DNA of 64,000 nucleotides from Candidatus Rhabdochlamydia sp. (GTDB lineage Bacteria; Chlamydiota; Chlamydiia; Chlamydiales; Rhabdochlamydiaceae): NCBI GenBank assembly GCA_051648645.1, contig JBOFFP010000003.1, positions 301,266 to 365,265 of the forward strand, read 5' to 3'. Shown piece by piece: positions 1 to 10,603 of this stretch (position 1 is its first letter; each line of letters starts with the position of its first letter). The notes under the pieces were generated by a model. It saw only the letters and a program-made list of their open reading frames with translations, ran no database searches and was not told where the DNA came from. The position numbers and the translations under genes were made by a program.

Positions 1-2
1 CA

Positions 3-719
3 CAAGAATTAAAAAAATCAAATATCCAACGTCCCTATATCCGCTTTTATCCCCCAGAAAAACCTTCTGGCCAAACGGTTTTCAAGGTAAAAGACGTTTC
101 TAAATCCTATGATGAGAATCTTGTATTCAACCATCTCAATTTTGAGGTAACTAAAGGGGACAAGATTGGATTGATTGGAAATAACGGCAAAGGAAAAACA
201 ACCCTAATCAAGCTTTTAGCAGGTATATTACCTCTAGATAGCGGCTTTATTGAAGTAGGGCATCAGGTTCAAATTGGCTATTTCCCTCAAAATCATTCTG
301 AAGTAATCGATAAAAAAAGCACTATGACAGCCTTTGATTGGCTTAAAAATAGAAGAGAAGGCGTCAATGATCAAGATGTACGCAGCATTTTAGGAAAAAT
401 GCTTTTCTCTGGAGATGATGCTTTTAAATTGATCTCTCATTTATCAGGAGGAGAAACAGCTCGACTCATTTTGGGTGGAATCATGTTATGTAACTATAAT
501 GTTTTACTGCTAGACGAGCCAAACAATCACCTAGACTTAGAAGCCGTATCTGCTCTATCTTGGGCACTAGAAGATTTCAAAGGTACAGTCGTTGTTGCCA
601 GCCATGACCGCGATCTATTGAATAATGCAACCAATAAAATCATTGCATTTGAAGCTGCTAAGCCTCGTGTGTTTGAAGGCAATTTAGAGGGCTATCTTGC
701 AACTAGAGCAACTAAATAG
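3..719 (+). CDS. ABC-F family ATPase (YbiT-like), C-terminal part, truncated by window start
   Basis: Frame open from base 3; Walker A GNNGKGKT, LSGGE signature, LLDEPNNHLD, SHDR motif, no TM segments. Confidence 0.9.
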   Translation, partial: QELKKSNIQRPYIRFYPPEKPSGQTVFKVKDVSKSYDENLVFNHLNFEVTKGDKIGLIGNNGKGKTTLIKLLAGILPLDSGFIEVGHQVQIGYFPQNHSEVIDKKSTMTAFDWLKNRREGVNDQDVRSILGKMLFSGDDAFKLISHLSGGETARLILGGIMLCNYNVLLLDEPNNHLDLEAVSALSWALEDFKGTVVVASHDRDLLNNATNKIIAFEAAKPRVFEGNLEGYLATRATK

Positions 720-1434
720 AGTTTTAAGCTACACAGAAACAGAGTTTCTTAAGCTATCAGTAAAAATGCGTCACACTTGGGCAGCGCGCACCTTGCGTTA
801 CTATCACCTTGAAGGTAAAGAGACACTCTACCGTCGCATAGAAGCTTGGCTAGAATTGCCTCCTATTAACTTACAAGACGTAAAAGCCCTTTGTGATCGC
901 TACCATTTTCACATGGCACAAATAGGACAGTCCTGGCAAGAACACAATCTCCTAGCCAAACATCAAAAATCGGATGTAGATTCTACTGCTCCTTTTTTAC
1001 AAACGGGTGTTTATCTAGACAATATTCGTTCTGCTTTTAACGTAGGTAGTATCATTCGAACGGTAGAAGCCTTTCGCTTAGGTCCTATCTACTTTGCTAA
1101 ACAAACTCCCTACATCGATAACCCCAAGGTACAAAAAACCTCTATGTTTACCTTTGACAAGGTGAGCTGTTACCAAGATAGATCCCTTGAACAACTCCCT
1201 AAACCTTTAATTGCCTTGGAAACGGTTCCAAATGCTCCTTCCCTATTCGAGTTTTCCTTTCCAAAAGAATGTACCCTCTTATTAGGAAATGAAGAATACG
1301 GCCTCTCTGATCAAGCCTTATCTATGGCTGATCAAGCTGTACAAATCCCCCTCTATGGTTTTAAACAATCTTTAAATGTAGCTTCTGCTTTTGCGATTGT
1401 AGCTGCTGTGGTTAGCAATCAATTAAGAAGCTAA
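697..1434 (+). CDS. TrmH/SpoU family RNA methyltransferase
   Basis: SPOUT motifs NVGSIIRT, LLLGNEEYGL, IPLYG..SLNVA. Confidence 0.88.
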   Translation: MQLEQLNRVLSYTETEFLKLSVKMRHTWAARTLRYYHLEGKETLYRRIEAWLELPPINLQDVKALCDRYHFHMAQIGQSWQEHNLLAKHQKSDVDSTAPFLQTGVYLDNIRSAFNVGSIIRTVEAFRLGPIYFAKQTPYIDNPKVQKTSMFTFDKVSCYQDRSLEQLPKPLIALETVPNAPSLFEFSFPKECTLLLGNEEYGLSDQALSMADQAVQIPLYGFKQSLNVASAFAIVAAVVSNQLRS

Positions 1435-1462
1435 CTCTTAAAATTCTTTTTAAATATTTTTT

Positions 1463-1493
1463 TTGACAAATAACCAAACAAGCGCGATACACT
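1463..1493 (+). promoter_or_regulatory. Candidate sigma66 promoter for the small-ORF cluster
   Basis: TTGACA at 1463-1468 and TACACT at 1488-1493 (spacer 19, long). Confidence 0.35.
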
Positions 1494-1516
1494 AAAAATA
1501 GAACAAGGAGTGTATT

Positions 1517-1633
1517 TTGAAGTTACCTCCCCTTGCAGGATGGCCTACACAAGTAAGCTTTGTAGATGAGCAAAAGGTGCGGAGAAAGCCTATACGCAAA
1601 CATAAAGGAAAAAGAAAAAGAGCATTAAAATGA
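1517..1633 (+). CDS. Unannotated 38-aa basic small protein MKLPPLAGWPTQVSFVDEQKVRRKPIRKHKGKRKRALK
   Basis: AAGGAG SD at 1505-1510, TTG start 6 nt later, stop overlaps next start (ATGA). Confidence 0.6.
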   Translation: MKLPPLAGWPTQVSFVDEQKVRRKPIRKHKGKRKRALK

Positions 1634-1848
1634 TTAGAATCACTGGTTCATTTCCTTCTTCTCCACTGCCTTTTCAAGATCCAATAAAAAAAACACAAAA
1701 ACGTCTTTATGATGGGATTGATCAATTAAAAACCAAATTGCAGTCTTTAGATGATGTAAAAATAAAGGACCCACATTTTTTAGAAGACTTTGCCTATGCA
1801 GTAAAACAGCTAGATTCTATTGTTGAAGAAATAGAAAGGAGCACTTAG
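1630..1848 (+). CDS. Hypothetical 72-aa helical protein
   Basis: ORF track; coupled to both neighbours. Confidence 0.65.
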   Translation: MIRITGSFPSSPLPFQDPIKKTQKRLYDGIDQLKTKLQSLDDVKIKDPHFLEDFAYAVKQLDSIVEEIERST

Positions 1849-2088
1849 ATGCTAAGAGAAGATTTAAAAGATGCAGCCTATATTATGCATAATATCCTAC
1901 ATCAAACTTTAGATGTCCCAGGCTCTGATTCTGAGATTACTTTATTCAGAGCTGCTACGGACTTTAAAATAGAAGAAGGTAAAGATTCTGACTTGAGCTT
2001 GGTTTTACATAACTTTACACAACACCAAGCCCCTCTAGAAATGCTGATTCGAGAAATTACCTTTATTATGGAAGATCTTGAGGATTAA
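1849..2088 (+). CDS. Hypothetical 79-aa acidic protein
   Basis: ORF track; AAGGAG SD, abuts previous stop. Confidence 0.65.
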   Translation: MLREDLKDAAYIMHNILHQTLDVPGSDSEITLFRAATDFKIEEGKDSDLSLVLHNFTQHQAPLEMLIREITFIMEDLED

Positions 2089-2984
2089 AAGGGAATAACT
2101 TTCAAATCTTCTGCAACAATGGTATTAGGAAAAATAGCAGAAGCTTCTTGAAAAAACTCTTTTAAATCTTGATAACGAGCAGAGAAATGCGTTAACACTA
2201 ATGTATCTACATGTGCAAGCAATGCTGCTTTGGCTGCTTGGCTCGCTGTTAAATGATGATGTTTTTCAGCTAAATGACTATGAGATTCTAAATAGGTACT
2301 TTCACAGAGAAAAAGTTTAGCATGATCTGCTACTTCCACAAGAGCAGGGCAAAATAGAGTGTCAATAGCCACAGAAACAACATCCCCTTTACGAATCCAA
2401 CTTACATCCTCTAGCCTAGTCTTTTTTCCTTGCATTACAAGTTCTTTTTTTTGTTTTAAAAGATTGACATTGGGACCTGAAATTCCAGCTTGTTGTAATT
2501 TTTTCTTATCAAATTTAATCTGGTCTTTTTCGGTAACGCGCCAAGCTAAATTATCAACTCCGTGTTCTAAAAAACGTGCATGAATCACAAATTCTTCATC
2601 TTCATGAACAATTCCTTCCTCAAAAACTGGATGTTCAACGATTTCAATTTGTTGATGATAGATCGATCCATAGCGCAATCTTTCAAAATAGACTTGACCG
2701 CTAGCCGGATAATAGCAATGAACGGGATGGACAATCTTATCTAGATTTAAACGCATTAACATGGATCCTAGCCCCAAACAATGATCCCCATGAAAATGAC
2801 TAATAAAAATACGCGTTACAGAGGTAGGTGCAACATTAGCAAAAATAAATTGTCTTTGCGTCCCTTCTCCTGGATCAAATAAAAAACCTTCTGTTTTCCA
2901 GAGCAAAAGATAAGCACCGTGATTACGCGTACGCGTATGTTGCTGACTAGAACAGCCTAAAATAACTAAACAACGCTGGCTCAT
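2085..2984 (-). CDS. rnz: Ribonuclease Z
   Basis: [28 protein letters not shown] metallo-beta-lactamase motifs. Confidence 0.93.
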   Translation of the reverse strand: MSQRCLVILGCSSQQHTRTRNHGAYLLLWKTEGFLFDPGEGTQRQFIFANVAPTSVTRIFISHFHGDHCLGLGSMLMRLNLDKIVHPVHCYYPASGQVYFERLRYGSIYHQQIEIVEHPVFEEGIVHEDEEFVIHARFLEHGVDNLAWRVTEKDQIKFDKKKLQQAGISGPNVNLLKQKKELVMQGKKTRLEDVSWIRKGDVVSVAIDTLFCPALVEVADHAKLFLCESTYLESHSHLAEKHHHLTASQAAKAALLAHVDTLVLTHFSARYQDLKEFFQEASAIFPNTIVAEDLKVIPF

Positions 2985-4099
2985 GTAAGTCCTTTTTTAA
3001 ACCAAGAAAGGCTTCCTAAGAAAGCACCGGTAAGGCCTCCTACAACATGTGCTGTATTAGCAATCTGCAAAGTTGGTGCTAGATTAGTGAAAAACAGTCT
3101 GAGACCCCAGATAATTCCGTCTAAGGCTACCATTGCTGTAACAAAGAAAAATAACAATAAAAGAGCACTTTTTTGTACAGAATATCCTTCCCATGGAGCT
3201 TTTTTTTGCCGCATCCAAATAAACCCACCCATTCCTACTACAACACCCGAAATCCCGATAAAGTAAGGCCCATTCATTAGGTATTGAGCTACATTGCTGA
3301 CCACAGCGATCAACAAAATCAAAGCAAGCATCTTTTTCTTACCTATTTTCACATCCAATTGCTTTCCAAATAAAAGGATCCAAGCCATGTTAAAAAGAAT
3401 ATGTAAAAAATCACGATGCATGAAAATAGGAGTAACAAGACGCCAAATTTGCCCTTGTTTGATTTTTTCAAACATCGGAACTTTTTCTACAGCTTGTAAA
3501 CCCTCTTGTCGTATTATGGGGAAAAGCCCCGATATTCCTTTCCAGGAAGGAATAGCTTCTATTTTTTTAAACTCTAATTGTGTTTCTAAGGGCAATTCAT
3601 TTATATCTTGGAAGGTTTTCAGAGGATGGGATTGAACGAATTGATTTAAATCCTCAAAAGCTTTTGGATAATCAAATAACATTTTTTGCATCAACGGCGT
3701 TAAGGAAACCTGAAGAGCTAATGCTCCTTCATTTTTAATGATTTGGCTCTCTTGAAAAGAATTCCATAAAAACAAAAAACAACAGATCAGAATTAAAAAA
3801 GGAGTAATCCCTTTCCATTTATGAGACGTTTGTGGCTGAACTACAGATGGTTCTATGCATTCTTCTTTGATGGGTTCTTCTTTTATTTGAAATAAAGAAT
3901 TTTTCGGATTTTGATTAAATTGCAGAAATAACTCTGAAGCATTTTTGAAATCTTCTTCTCTTTGTACCCACATGCGATAAAAAGGTTTTTCTGCTAAAGG
4001 GTTATCTGGTTCATATGAACTCTGAATTCCTTTTTGTAATAAAAAAGAGTGAAAGCTGAGTGCTTTTTGCTCTGTGTCAAAAAGGCCTATTAATCGCAT
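2981..4099 (-). CDS. Rhomboid intramembrane serine protease (GlpG-like)
   Basis: [20 protein letters not shown] catalytic Ser, AHVVG catalytic His. Confidence 0.9.
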   Translation of the reverse strand: MRLIGLFDTEQKALSFHSFLLQKGIQSSYEPDNPLAEKPFYRMWVQREEDFKNASELFLQFNQNPKNSLFQIKEEPIKEECIEPSVVQPQTSHKWKGITPFLILICCFLFLWNSFQESQIIKNEGALALQVSLTPLMQKMLFDYPKAFEDLNQFVQSHPLKTFQDINELPLETQLEFKKIEAIPSWKGISGLFPIIRQEGLQAVEKVPMFEKIKQGQIWRLVTPIFMHRDFLHILFNMAWILLFGKQLDVKIGKKKMLALILLIAVVSNVAQYLMNGPYFIGISGVVVGMGGFIWMRQKKAPWEGYSVQKSALLLLFFFVTAMVALDGIIWGLRLFFTNLAPTLQIANTAHVVGGLTGAFLGSLSWFKKGLT

Positions 4100-4572
4100 A
4101 TTTTTTTAATCTTGTTAATGATGTGAGAGGTAGATAATCCAGGAATTTTTTCCACAATGTGTATTCTACCCTTTTGCATAAGAACAGTCTCTTTTTCTAT
4201 GCAGTTTTGTCCATATTCGGAACCATTGACATGCACATCCGGTTGAATTTTTAACAAAAGCTGTCTAGGGTCTATCTCCTCAAAACAGGTGACATAATCA
4301 ACCATTTCCAAACCAGCAACCAATAACATCCTCTGTTTTAAAGGAATAATCGGACGTTTTACGTCCTTATACTGCTTAATGGATGGATCTGTATTTAAGG
4401 CTACAATTAATATGTCTGCTTGCAAAGAGGCTTGAAAAATGATCTCTAAATGCCCTGCATGCAAAAGATCAAAAGAACCATTGAGCGTTGCAATGGTTTT
4501 TTTTTCTTTACGCAGACGTCTTATTGTTTCTGGAAGACTTTTAGGATCAAGTATCTTTTTGCAAACACTCAT
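4090..4572 (-). CDS. RfaE domain II-like nucleotidyltransferase (cytidylyltransferase superfamily)
   Basis: NGSFDLLHAGH, LNTDPSI..YK..RPI, STS motif; start taken at ATG 4572 to avoid overlap with lon. Confidence 0.85.
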   Translation of the reverse strand: MSVCKKILDPKSLPETIRRLRKEKKTIATLNGSFDLLHAGHLEIIFQASLQADILIVALNTDPSIKQYKDVKRPIIPLKQRMLLVAGLEMVDYVTCFEEIDPRQLLLKIQPDVHVNGSEYGQNCIEKETVLMQKGRIHIVEKIPGLSTSHIINKIKKICD

Positions 4573-4585
4573 TTCAAAGGAAGAA

Positions 4586-7048
4586 TCACTTGTCGAATGC
4601 AACATCAAACACCTCATCATAATGCGATACAAAATGCATCTGAATCCCTTTTTTGACGTAAGCTGGGAGCTCGTCATAATCCCTTTGATTTTCTAATGGG
4701 AAAATTAACACTTTAGCTCCAGAGCGTTTTGCAGCGATCAGTTTTTCTTTAACCCCGCCGATTGGAAGGATCTTACCAGTCAGAGTTAATTCTCCTGTCA
4801 TTCCTAAATCTTCTATAACAGGTTGATCTTTTAAAAGGGAAAGTAAAGCCGTTACCATCGTAATCCCCGCCGAAGGTCCGTCTTTTGGAGTAGCTCCTTC
4901 TGGAATGTGTAGATGTACCTGAGATTTTTCAAAAAAATTGCACCCAGGAGCATATCGATTGACTTGGCTATGCAGGAATGTCCAAGCAATTTGAGAGGAT
5001 TCTTTCATTACATCCCCTACTTGTCCCGTTAACTTCATTTCTGTTTTTTCTGCATTTACTTTGGTTGCTTCAACATAGAGAGTGGCTCCTCCTAGAGAAG
5101 TCCATGCAAGCCCCATGCATACTCCCACAGGAGTTCTTTCATAATAACGATCTGTAGTAAAAATGGGCTTTCCTAGGAAATCCTTCACATTGTTTTCAGA
5201 AACCGAAACTTTTTTGCAGTCTGTTTCTTTTTCTTGCGCATTGACAACAGAAACAGCTACTTTACGCATGATTTTCTTAATATAATTTTCTAAGCTACGA
5301 ACGCCTGATTCACGAGCATATCCATTGATGATTTGTGCAACTCCATCTTTAGTAAAGTTGATATCAGTTGTTTTTAATCCCATGTTTTTACGATTGCGAG
5401 GGATTAAATATTTTTGAGCAATTTGTATTTTTTCCTCTGAAATATAGCCCGATAAACGCAAGATATCCATACGATCTTTCAAAGGCTCGGGAATTGTATC
5501 TAGAATGTTTGCTGTAACAATGAATAAAATATGGGATAAATCACAACGAACATCAAGATAATGATCCAGAAAATCTTTGTTCTGTTCTGGGTCCAAAACC
5601 TCTAATAAAGCAGAAGCTGGATCACCATGATAACTAGAGCTCATCTTGTCTATTTCGTCTAACATAATAACAGGGTTCATCGCTTGGGTAAATTTAAGCG
5701 CTTGAACAAGTTTTCCTGGCATGGACCCAATATAGGTACGGCGGTGCCCCTTAATTTCTGCCTCATCGCGCATCCCACCTACAGAAAATCGATAAAAAGG
5801 TCTTTTTAAAGCTCTTGCAACACTTTTTCCGATACTAGTTTTTCCAACTCCTGGAGGACCGACTAAACAAATGATGCTCCCTTTCACTCCACCAGATAGC
5901 TTCCCTACAGCAATAAATTCCAAAATTCTTTCTTTGATATCGTTGAGCCCATAGTGGTCTTTCTCGAGAATTTTTTTTGCAATTGTTAAATCTAACTTCT
6001 CCTCGCTATAGATACCCCAAGGAATAATTGTCAACCAATCCAGATAATTGCGGCATACCGCATATTCTGCTGACTGGACTTCCAATACCCCCAACTTTTC
6101 CATCTCATCTTCTATTACCTGCATAACATCAGGAGGAACTACCCTTTTTTTTAGGCGTCCTTCAAATTTTTCTATATCACAGGTTTTATCATCTTTTTCT
6201 AGACCAAGTTCTTTTTTTATGGTCTTCAATTGCTGCCTGAGAAAAAATTCGCGTTGAGCTTCAGAAATATTGGCTTCTATTTTCTGATTAATGCTGTTTT
6301 GCAATTTGCTCAAATCAATTTCTTTTTTCAACAAAAGCAATGCTTTATCGATTCTACCTTGTAAATCAAAGGTTTCTAATACTTCTTGTAATTCTTCTCT
6401 GCTAGCTGTCGTTAAAGCTACTGCAAAATCAGCTAATTTCCCGGGTTCGGTAAAATCAGAGTGACCCAAGAAAATTTGCAATTCCTCTTTGAATAAAGGG
6501 TTTAACTTCAAAAGTTCTTTAATGGTCGTGATAATGCTAATCGAATATGCTTTTAATTCTTTTGAAAGCTGCTTTATTTCATCGTAATGATAAGTTACCT
6601 GAGCTTTGAGATACTTAAGGGTTTTAAAAGGTTTACGTATGGAAATACGCTTTTCCATATTTAAAACCACTTGTGCTCCTCCTTGTTCCATCGGAATAAT
6701 CCGTAGAACACGTGCTAATACACCTACTTGGTACAAGTCATCAAATCCAACTTTATAAATATTTGCATTTTCATCGCGGGTTAAAAATAAACCCATACAT
6801 TTATGTTCTGACTTAGCCACCAATTTCAAAATTTCGTAAAAAGCTCCTGGTTCAACCACAATAGGTGCTGCCATCCCTGGAAAAAAAGGACGACGACTAA
6901 GAGGAACTACAAATACTTCATGAGGAAAAGATTCGGCGTTTTTGTTTCTTGCTTTTTCATTTTTTACAGATTTCTGTATAGCTTCGACTAACGCTTCTTC
7001 CATTTTTTCTTCATTTAAAATCTCTTCCTGCTCTTTTTGACTATCCAA
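4586..7048 (-). CDS. lon: Lon ATP-dependent protease
   Basis: [28 protein letters not shown], catalytic Lys region; TTG start with SD. Confidence 0.97.
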   Translation of the reverse strand: MDSQKEQEEILNEEKMEEALVEAIQKSVKNEKARNKNAESFPHEVFVVPLSRRPFFPGMAAPIVVEPGAFYEILKLVAKSEHKCMGLFLTRDENANIYKVGFDDLYQVGVLARVLRIIPMEQGGAQVVLNMEKRISIRKPFKTLKYLKAQVTYHYDEIKQLSKELKAYSISIITTIKELLKLNPLFKEELQIFLGHSDFTEPGKLADFAVALTTASREELQEVLETFDLQGRIDKALLLLKKEIDLSKLQNSINQKIEANISEAQREFFLRQQLKTIKKELGLEKDDKTCDIEKFEGRLKKRVVPPDVMQVIEDEMEKLGVLEVQSAEYAVCRNYLDWLTIIPWGIYSEEKLDLTIAKKILEKDHYGLNDIKERILEFIAVGKLSGGVKGSIICLVGPPGVGKTSIGKSVARALKRPFYRFSVGGMRDEAEIKGHRRTYIGSMPGKLVQALKFTQAMNPVIMLDEIDKMSSSYHGDPASALLEVLDPEQNKDFLDHYLDVRCDLSHILFIVTANILDTIPEPLKDRMDILRLSGYISEEKIQIAQKYLIPRNRKNMGLKTTDINFTKDGVAQIINGYARESGVRSLENYIKKIMRKVAVSVVNAQEKETDCKKVSVSENNVKDFLGKPIFTTDRYYERTPVGVCMGLAWTSLGGATLYVEATKVNAEKTEMKLTGQVGDVMKESSQIAWTFLHSQVNRYAPGCNFFEKSQVHLHIPEGATPKDGPSAGITMVTALLSLLKDQPVIEDLGMTGELTLTGKILPIGGVKEKLIAAKRSGAKVLIFPLENQRDYDELPAYVKKGIQMHFVSHYDEVFDVAFDK

Positions 7049-7225
7049 AAACGCTCTCCTACCTGGAATTACATCCGTTGCATCATTAATAAAAGGTCAT
7101 TAATTTATCAGTTCTAGAAAATATTCGCAATAAAGCAAAGTTCTCTCTAGATGGAAATCTAGTTTAAAAATGGTGCGATTTTTAGTCATTTTTGTTAATC
7201 TAAATCAAATTTTCCCTGAAAAAAA

Positions 7226-7813
7226 ATGTACACCCTTATTTTAGACACCAGCTCCAAGATAGCATTAATTGCCGTTGCAAAGGCCGATACCATTTGCGCA
7301 TGCCATTCCTATGTACATGAAAATCAGCTTTCTAAGTCTTTTTTTCCTGTCATTAAAAATATACTTGATTCCTATCCGGTAATTGACAAAATCGCGGTTG
7401 GCATAGGCCCTGGTTCTTATACGGGAACAAGAGTGGGAGTAACTATAGCAAGAACACTGAGTTTTGGATTAGATGTAATTTTGCAATCTTTTTACTCCCC
7501 CTTGGCCTATTTACCCCGTCATTTAGGTCGTTTTGGCATTCTAATGCCCAATAAATCAGGTCAATTTTTACTTATTAAAGGAGTGCAAAAGGAAAATTTT
7601 CTTGAAAGCGAGGACCCTGAGCTTATTGAAAGTTCTGAAATTCTTAAAAAATTAGCTGATAGCGATTATATCGTCTCTCATGACTCATTTGAACTGCTTC
7701 CTCTTCCCTGCTATTCTCCCATGACTAATCCTCAAATGATTATGCCTCTCTTAAATAGTACTTCCTCACCTGCAGGAATAAAAAAAATTTTTTATCATCA
7801 TACCCCTGCATAA
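7226..7813 (+). CDS. tsaB: t6A biosynthesis protein TsaB
   Basis: LILDTS and GIGPGSYTGTRVG motifs. Confidence 0.9.
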   Translation: MYTLILDTSSKIALIAVAKADTICACHSYVHENQLSKSFFPVIKNILDSYPVIDKIAVGIGPGSYTGTRVGVTIARTLSFGLDVILQSFYSPLAYLPRHLGRFGILMPNKSGQFLLIKGVQKENFLESEDPELIESSEILKKLADSDYIVSHDSFELLPLPCYSPMTNPQMIMPLLNSTSSPAGIKKIFYHHTPA

Positions 7814-8030
7814 TTCTTAGATTTTTTTTAGATTTGAAAAATAAGCAGATTTTCCCTTAATATGATTAGATATCAAATCTTAAAATAAGTTTTTTGATAA
7901 ATTTTAAAAGATGTTTTCCCATTGAAGGTCTTAAGATGACCAATTGAGCCCCCTCTTTGGCTTTAATTCTTAAGAACTTAAGCTTTGGTTTGACTTATAA
8001 TTAATTTTGTAACTTAAGGAAAAATTGTTC

Positions 8031-8225
8031 ATGCCCAGCGTTAAAGTCCGTACCGGAGAGCCTCTTGATAAAGCCTTAAGGGCTTTGAAAAAGAAAGTCG
8101 ATAAAGAAGGTATTATGAAGTCCGCTAAAACACGCCTCTGTTATGATAAACCTTCTGTAAAAAGCCGAGCAAAATCAAAAGCAGCACAAAAATACAAAAA
8201 ACCAAAAAGGTTTTTAGGGTTTTAG
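8031..8225 (+). CDS. rpsU: 30S ribosomal protein S21
   Basis: [27 protein letters not shown]. Confidence 0.92.
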   Translation: MPSVKVRTGEPLDKALRALKKKVDKEGIMKSAKTRLCYDKPSVKSRAKSKAAQKYKKPKRFLGF

Positions 8226-8248
8226 CACTTTGAAGACTCTTTTGCTAA
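8222..8248 (+). promoter_or_regulatory. CIRCE-like HrcA operator upstream of dnaJ
   Basis: TTAGCACTT-N9-TTTTGCTAA versus consensus TTAGCACTC-N9-GAGTGCTAA; core TTAGCA-N15-TGCTAA exact. Confidence 0.65.
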
Positions 8249-8317
8249 ATTATTGGTAAAAAACCAATTCTTTATGCTACACTAGCCTTTTATAAATTTA
8301 ACATACCTTATATTACT

Positions 8318-9487
8318 ATGAGTACTTCCGATTATTATAAAGTGCTGGGTGTATCTAGCAATGCCACCCAAGGGGAAATTAAGAAAGCCTACTATGCAAA
8401 AGCTAAGGAATCTCATCCTGATAAAAATGAAGGAGACCCCAAAGCTGCAGAAGAATTTAAAAAAATATCCCAGGCCTATGAAGTTCTAGGAGATGAAGAG
8501 AAAAGACGCCACTATGACCAATATGGCACCCAAGATCCTAGATCAGCGGGATTTGGAGGCTCTTCAGGAGCTGGTGGTTTTTCTTCTATGGAAGAAGCTC
8601 TACGTACGTTTATGCATGCATTTGGTGGTGGCGGCGGTGGTGGTGGTGCCAGTGATTCTGTTTTCGATTCCTTTTTTGGGGGTGGAGCATCTGAAGAAGC
8701 CGGAGCTCATCAAGGAGCTAGCAAAAAAATCAATGTTACCCTTTCTTTTGAAGAAGCCGTAAAAGGAGTATCCAAGGAAGCTAGTATCACAAATTATGTG
8801 TGTTGCAATACCTGTAACGGACTAGGAACTGCTTCGGCTAATAGCATTAAAACTTGCTCTCTTTGTCGAGGAGCTGGTCAAATTCACCAAGCACGTGGTT
8901 TTTTTAGCATGACAAGTGTATGTCATCAATGCCATGGCCAAGGAAAAACAATTACCGATCCATGCAAAACATGTCATGGGGAAGGTAGAGTCAAGAAAAA
9001 GCAAATAATTCCTCTTAAAATACCAGCTGGCGTTGATACGGGAATGCGTCTTCGCATGTCTGGGTATGGTGATGCTGGTGAACGAAATGGACCGGCAGGA
9101 GATTTATATATTTTCATTACGGTTAAGCCTCATAATGTTTTTCAAAGAGACGGGGACAATATAATTATTGAATTCCCTATCAGCTTTGCTGAAGCTGCCT
9201 TAGGATGTAAAAAAGAGATTCCAACTCCAACAGGGGAAAATGCTCGTATCTCTATTCCTGATGGAACTCAAAGCGGGAAAATGTTACGCGTCAAAGGAGA
9301 GGGTTTTCCGAATGTAAGAGGAAAAGGTAAAGGCGATTTACTTGTAAGATTACTGATTGAAACACCTATACGCCTTACCAGTGATCAAAAAAATTTGCTA
9401 AAAAAATTCCAAGAATTAGAAACAGAACGCAATAATCCTCTTCAGGAAAATTTTTCTGAAAAGGTTAAAGTTTTTTTTTCGGAATAA
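8318..9487 (+). CDS. dnaJ: Chaperone DnaJ
   Basis: J domain HPD, G/F region, four CxxCxGxG repeats. Confidence 0.97.
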   Translation: MSTSDYYKVLGVSSNATQGEIKKAYYAKAKESHPDKNEGDPKAAEEFKKISQAYEVLGDEEKRRHYDQYGTQDPRSAGFGGSSGAGGFSSMEEALRTFMHAFGGGGGGGGASDSVFDSFFGGGASEEAGAHQGASKKINVTLSFEEAVKGVSKEASITNYVCCNTCNGLGTASANSIKTCSLCRGAGQIHQARGFFSMTSVCHQCHGQGKTITDPCKTCHGEGRVKKKQIIPLKIPAGVDTGMRLRMSGYGDAGERNGPAGDLYIFITVKPHNVFQRDGDNIIIEFPISFAEAALGCKKEIPTPTGENARISIPDGTQSGKMLRVKGEGFPNVRGKGKGDLLVRLLIETPIRLTSDQKNLLKKFQELETERNNPLQENFSEKVKVFFSE

Positions 9488-9559
9488 CTAAAAGACTTGT
9501 AATCTTATTTCAGGGTTTGGTAGGTTACTTTTTTAGGTCTTTTCAAAGATAAAAAAGCT

Positions 9560-10600
9560 GTGTTTACAAGCTACGATTTTTCTAATTACAAGTCTATTGC
9601 ATCAAACCCTTTAATCAAAAAAAATCTCAAAAATGCAACTCGTTATTTAGCGCATTATAACGATAATCTACAATCTCACAGCAAAAAACAAGCATTGCTC
9701 GTACCGCTGCTTATTGCAGAAACCATTTTTTCTTTAAAGATTCCCTTTAATATAAAGCAACTGGCTTTTCTGTTTAATGATAAACCTGATTCAGCGTGGA
9801 TTGACTATTTATACACATTAATTTACTTAACCAATCATTGTAAGCAGCCCTTAAATATTTCTAAGCTTTGTTTTTTACATCAGTTAGTTAAATATAATTC
9901 CTCCGTTAAAGGTTCTTTGGGCATCTTACGAACTAAACAAAATTGGATTGGCCCAGAAGGCTGTGGTATAGAGAAAGCTTATTTTTTACCACCTGGTCCA
10001 GAAGAAGTTTCCTCTCTAATCCATGAATGGATAGCCTACTTCAATATAAATACAGCTCATCCCTTAATTCAATTAGCCATTGTCTATGGACAATTTCTCA
10101 TTATTCATCCATTTATGGATGGAAATGGCAGGATTGCTAGATTGCTCATTCCTTGGTTTTTGCATCAACACAATCTATTGACTAAACCTATTTTTTGTAC
10201 CAGTGAGTTTTTTTCTAAATATCGTCAAGAATACTGCAAAAGACTATTTGATCTTTCTTCTGACCCAGCTTGGATTAAATGGATTCATTTTTTCCTGAAA
10301 TCTATAGCTTCTCAAGCTAAAAAACAAACACAATACATAAATCAACTAACTCTCTTATATCAACAATTAACAAAACAGCTCCATGGTCATATGGATCATT
10401 TGCTTATTAACCAAACCTTAGACTTTTGTTTTTGTCAGCCTATTTTTAAAAAGACGCATTTTCCCTTTAGCAGAGAAAAGCATAAGTTGCAGAAAATGGG
10501 ATTGCTTAAACCATATAAAGACAGCTTTCTATTCGTTCCTGTGATCACCTATATTAAAAAGATAACCTCGAAAAAACTTGGTCTCGAGGTTATCTTTTAA
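9560..10600 (+). CDS. Fic family protein
   Basis: HPFMDGNGRIAR Fic motif; RTKQNWIG and LPP motifs. Confidence 0.92.
   Translation: MFTSYDFSNYKSIASNPLIKKNLKNATRYLAHYNDNLQSHSKKQALLVPLLIAETIFSLKIPFNIKQLAFLFNDKPDSAWIDYLYTLIYLTNHCKQPLNISKLCFLHQLVKYNSSVKGSLGILRTKQNWIGPEGCGIEKAYFLPPGPEEVSSLIHEWIAYFNINTAHPLIQLAIVYGQFLIIHPFMDGNGRIARLLIPWFLHQHNLLTKPIFCTSEFFSKYRQEYCKRLFDLSSDPAWIKWIHFFLKSIASQAKKQTQYINQLTLLYQQLTKQLHGHMDHLLINQTLDFCFCQPIFKKTHFPFSREKHKLQKMGLLKPYKDSFLFVPVITYIKKITSKKLGLEVIF
10557..10598. terminator. Bidirectional hairpin terminator between fic and the histone-like gene
   Basis: 15-bp perfect stem AAAAGATAACCTCGA / TCGAGGTTATCTTTT lying within the fic 3' end. Confidence 0.7.
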
Positions 10601-10603
10601 AAA

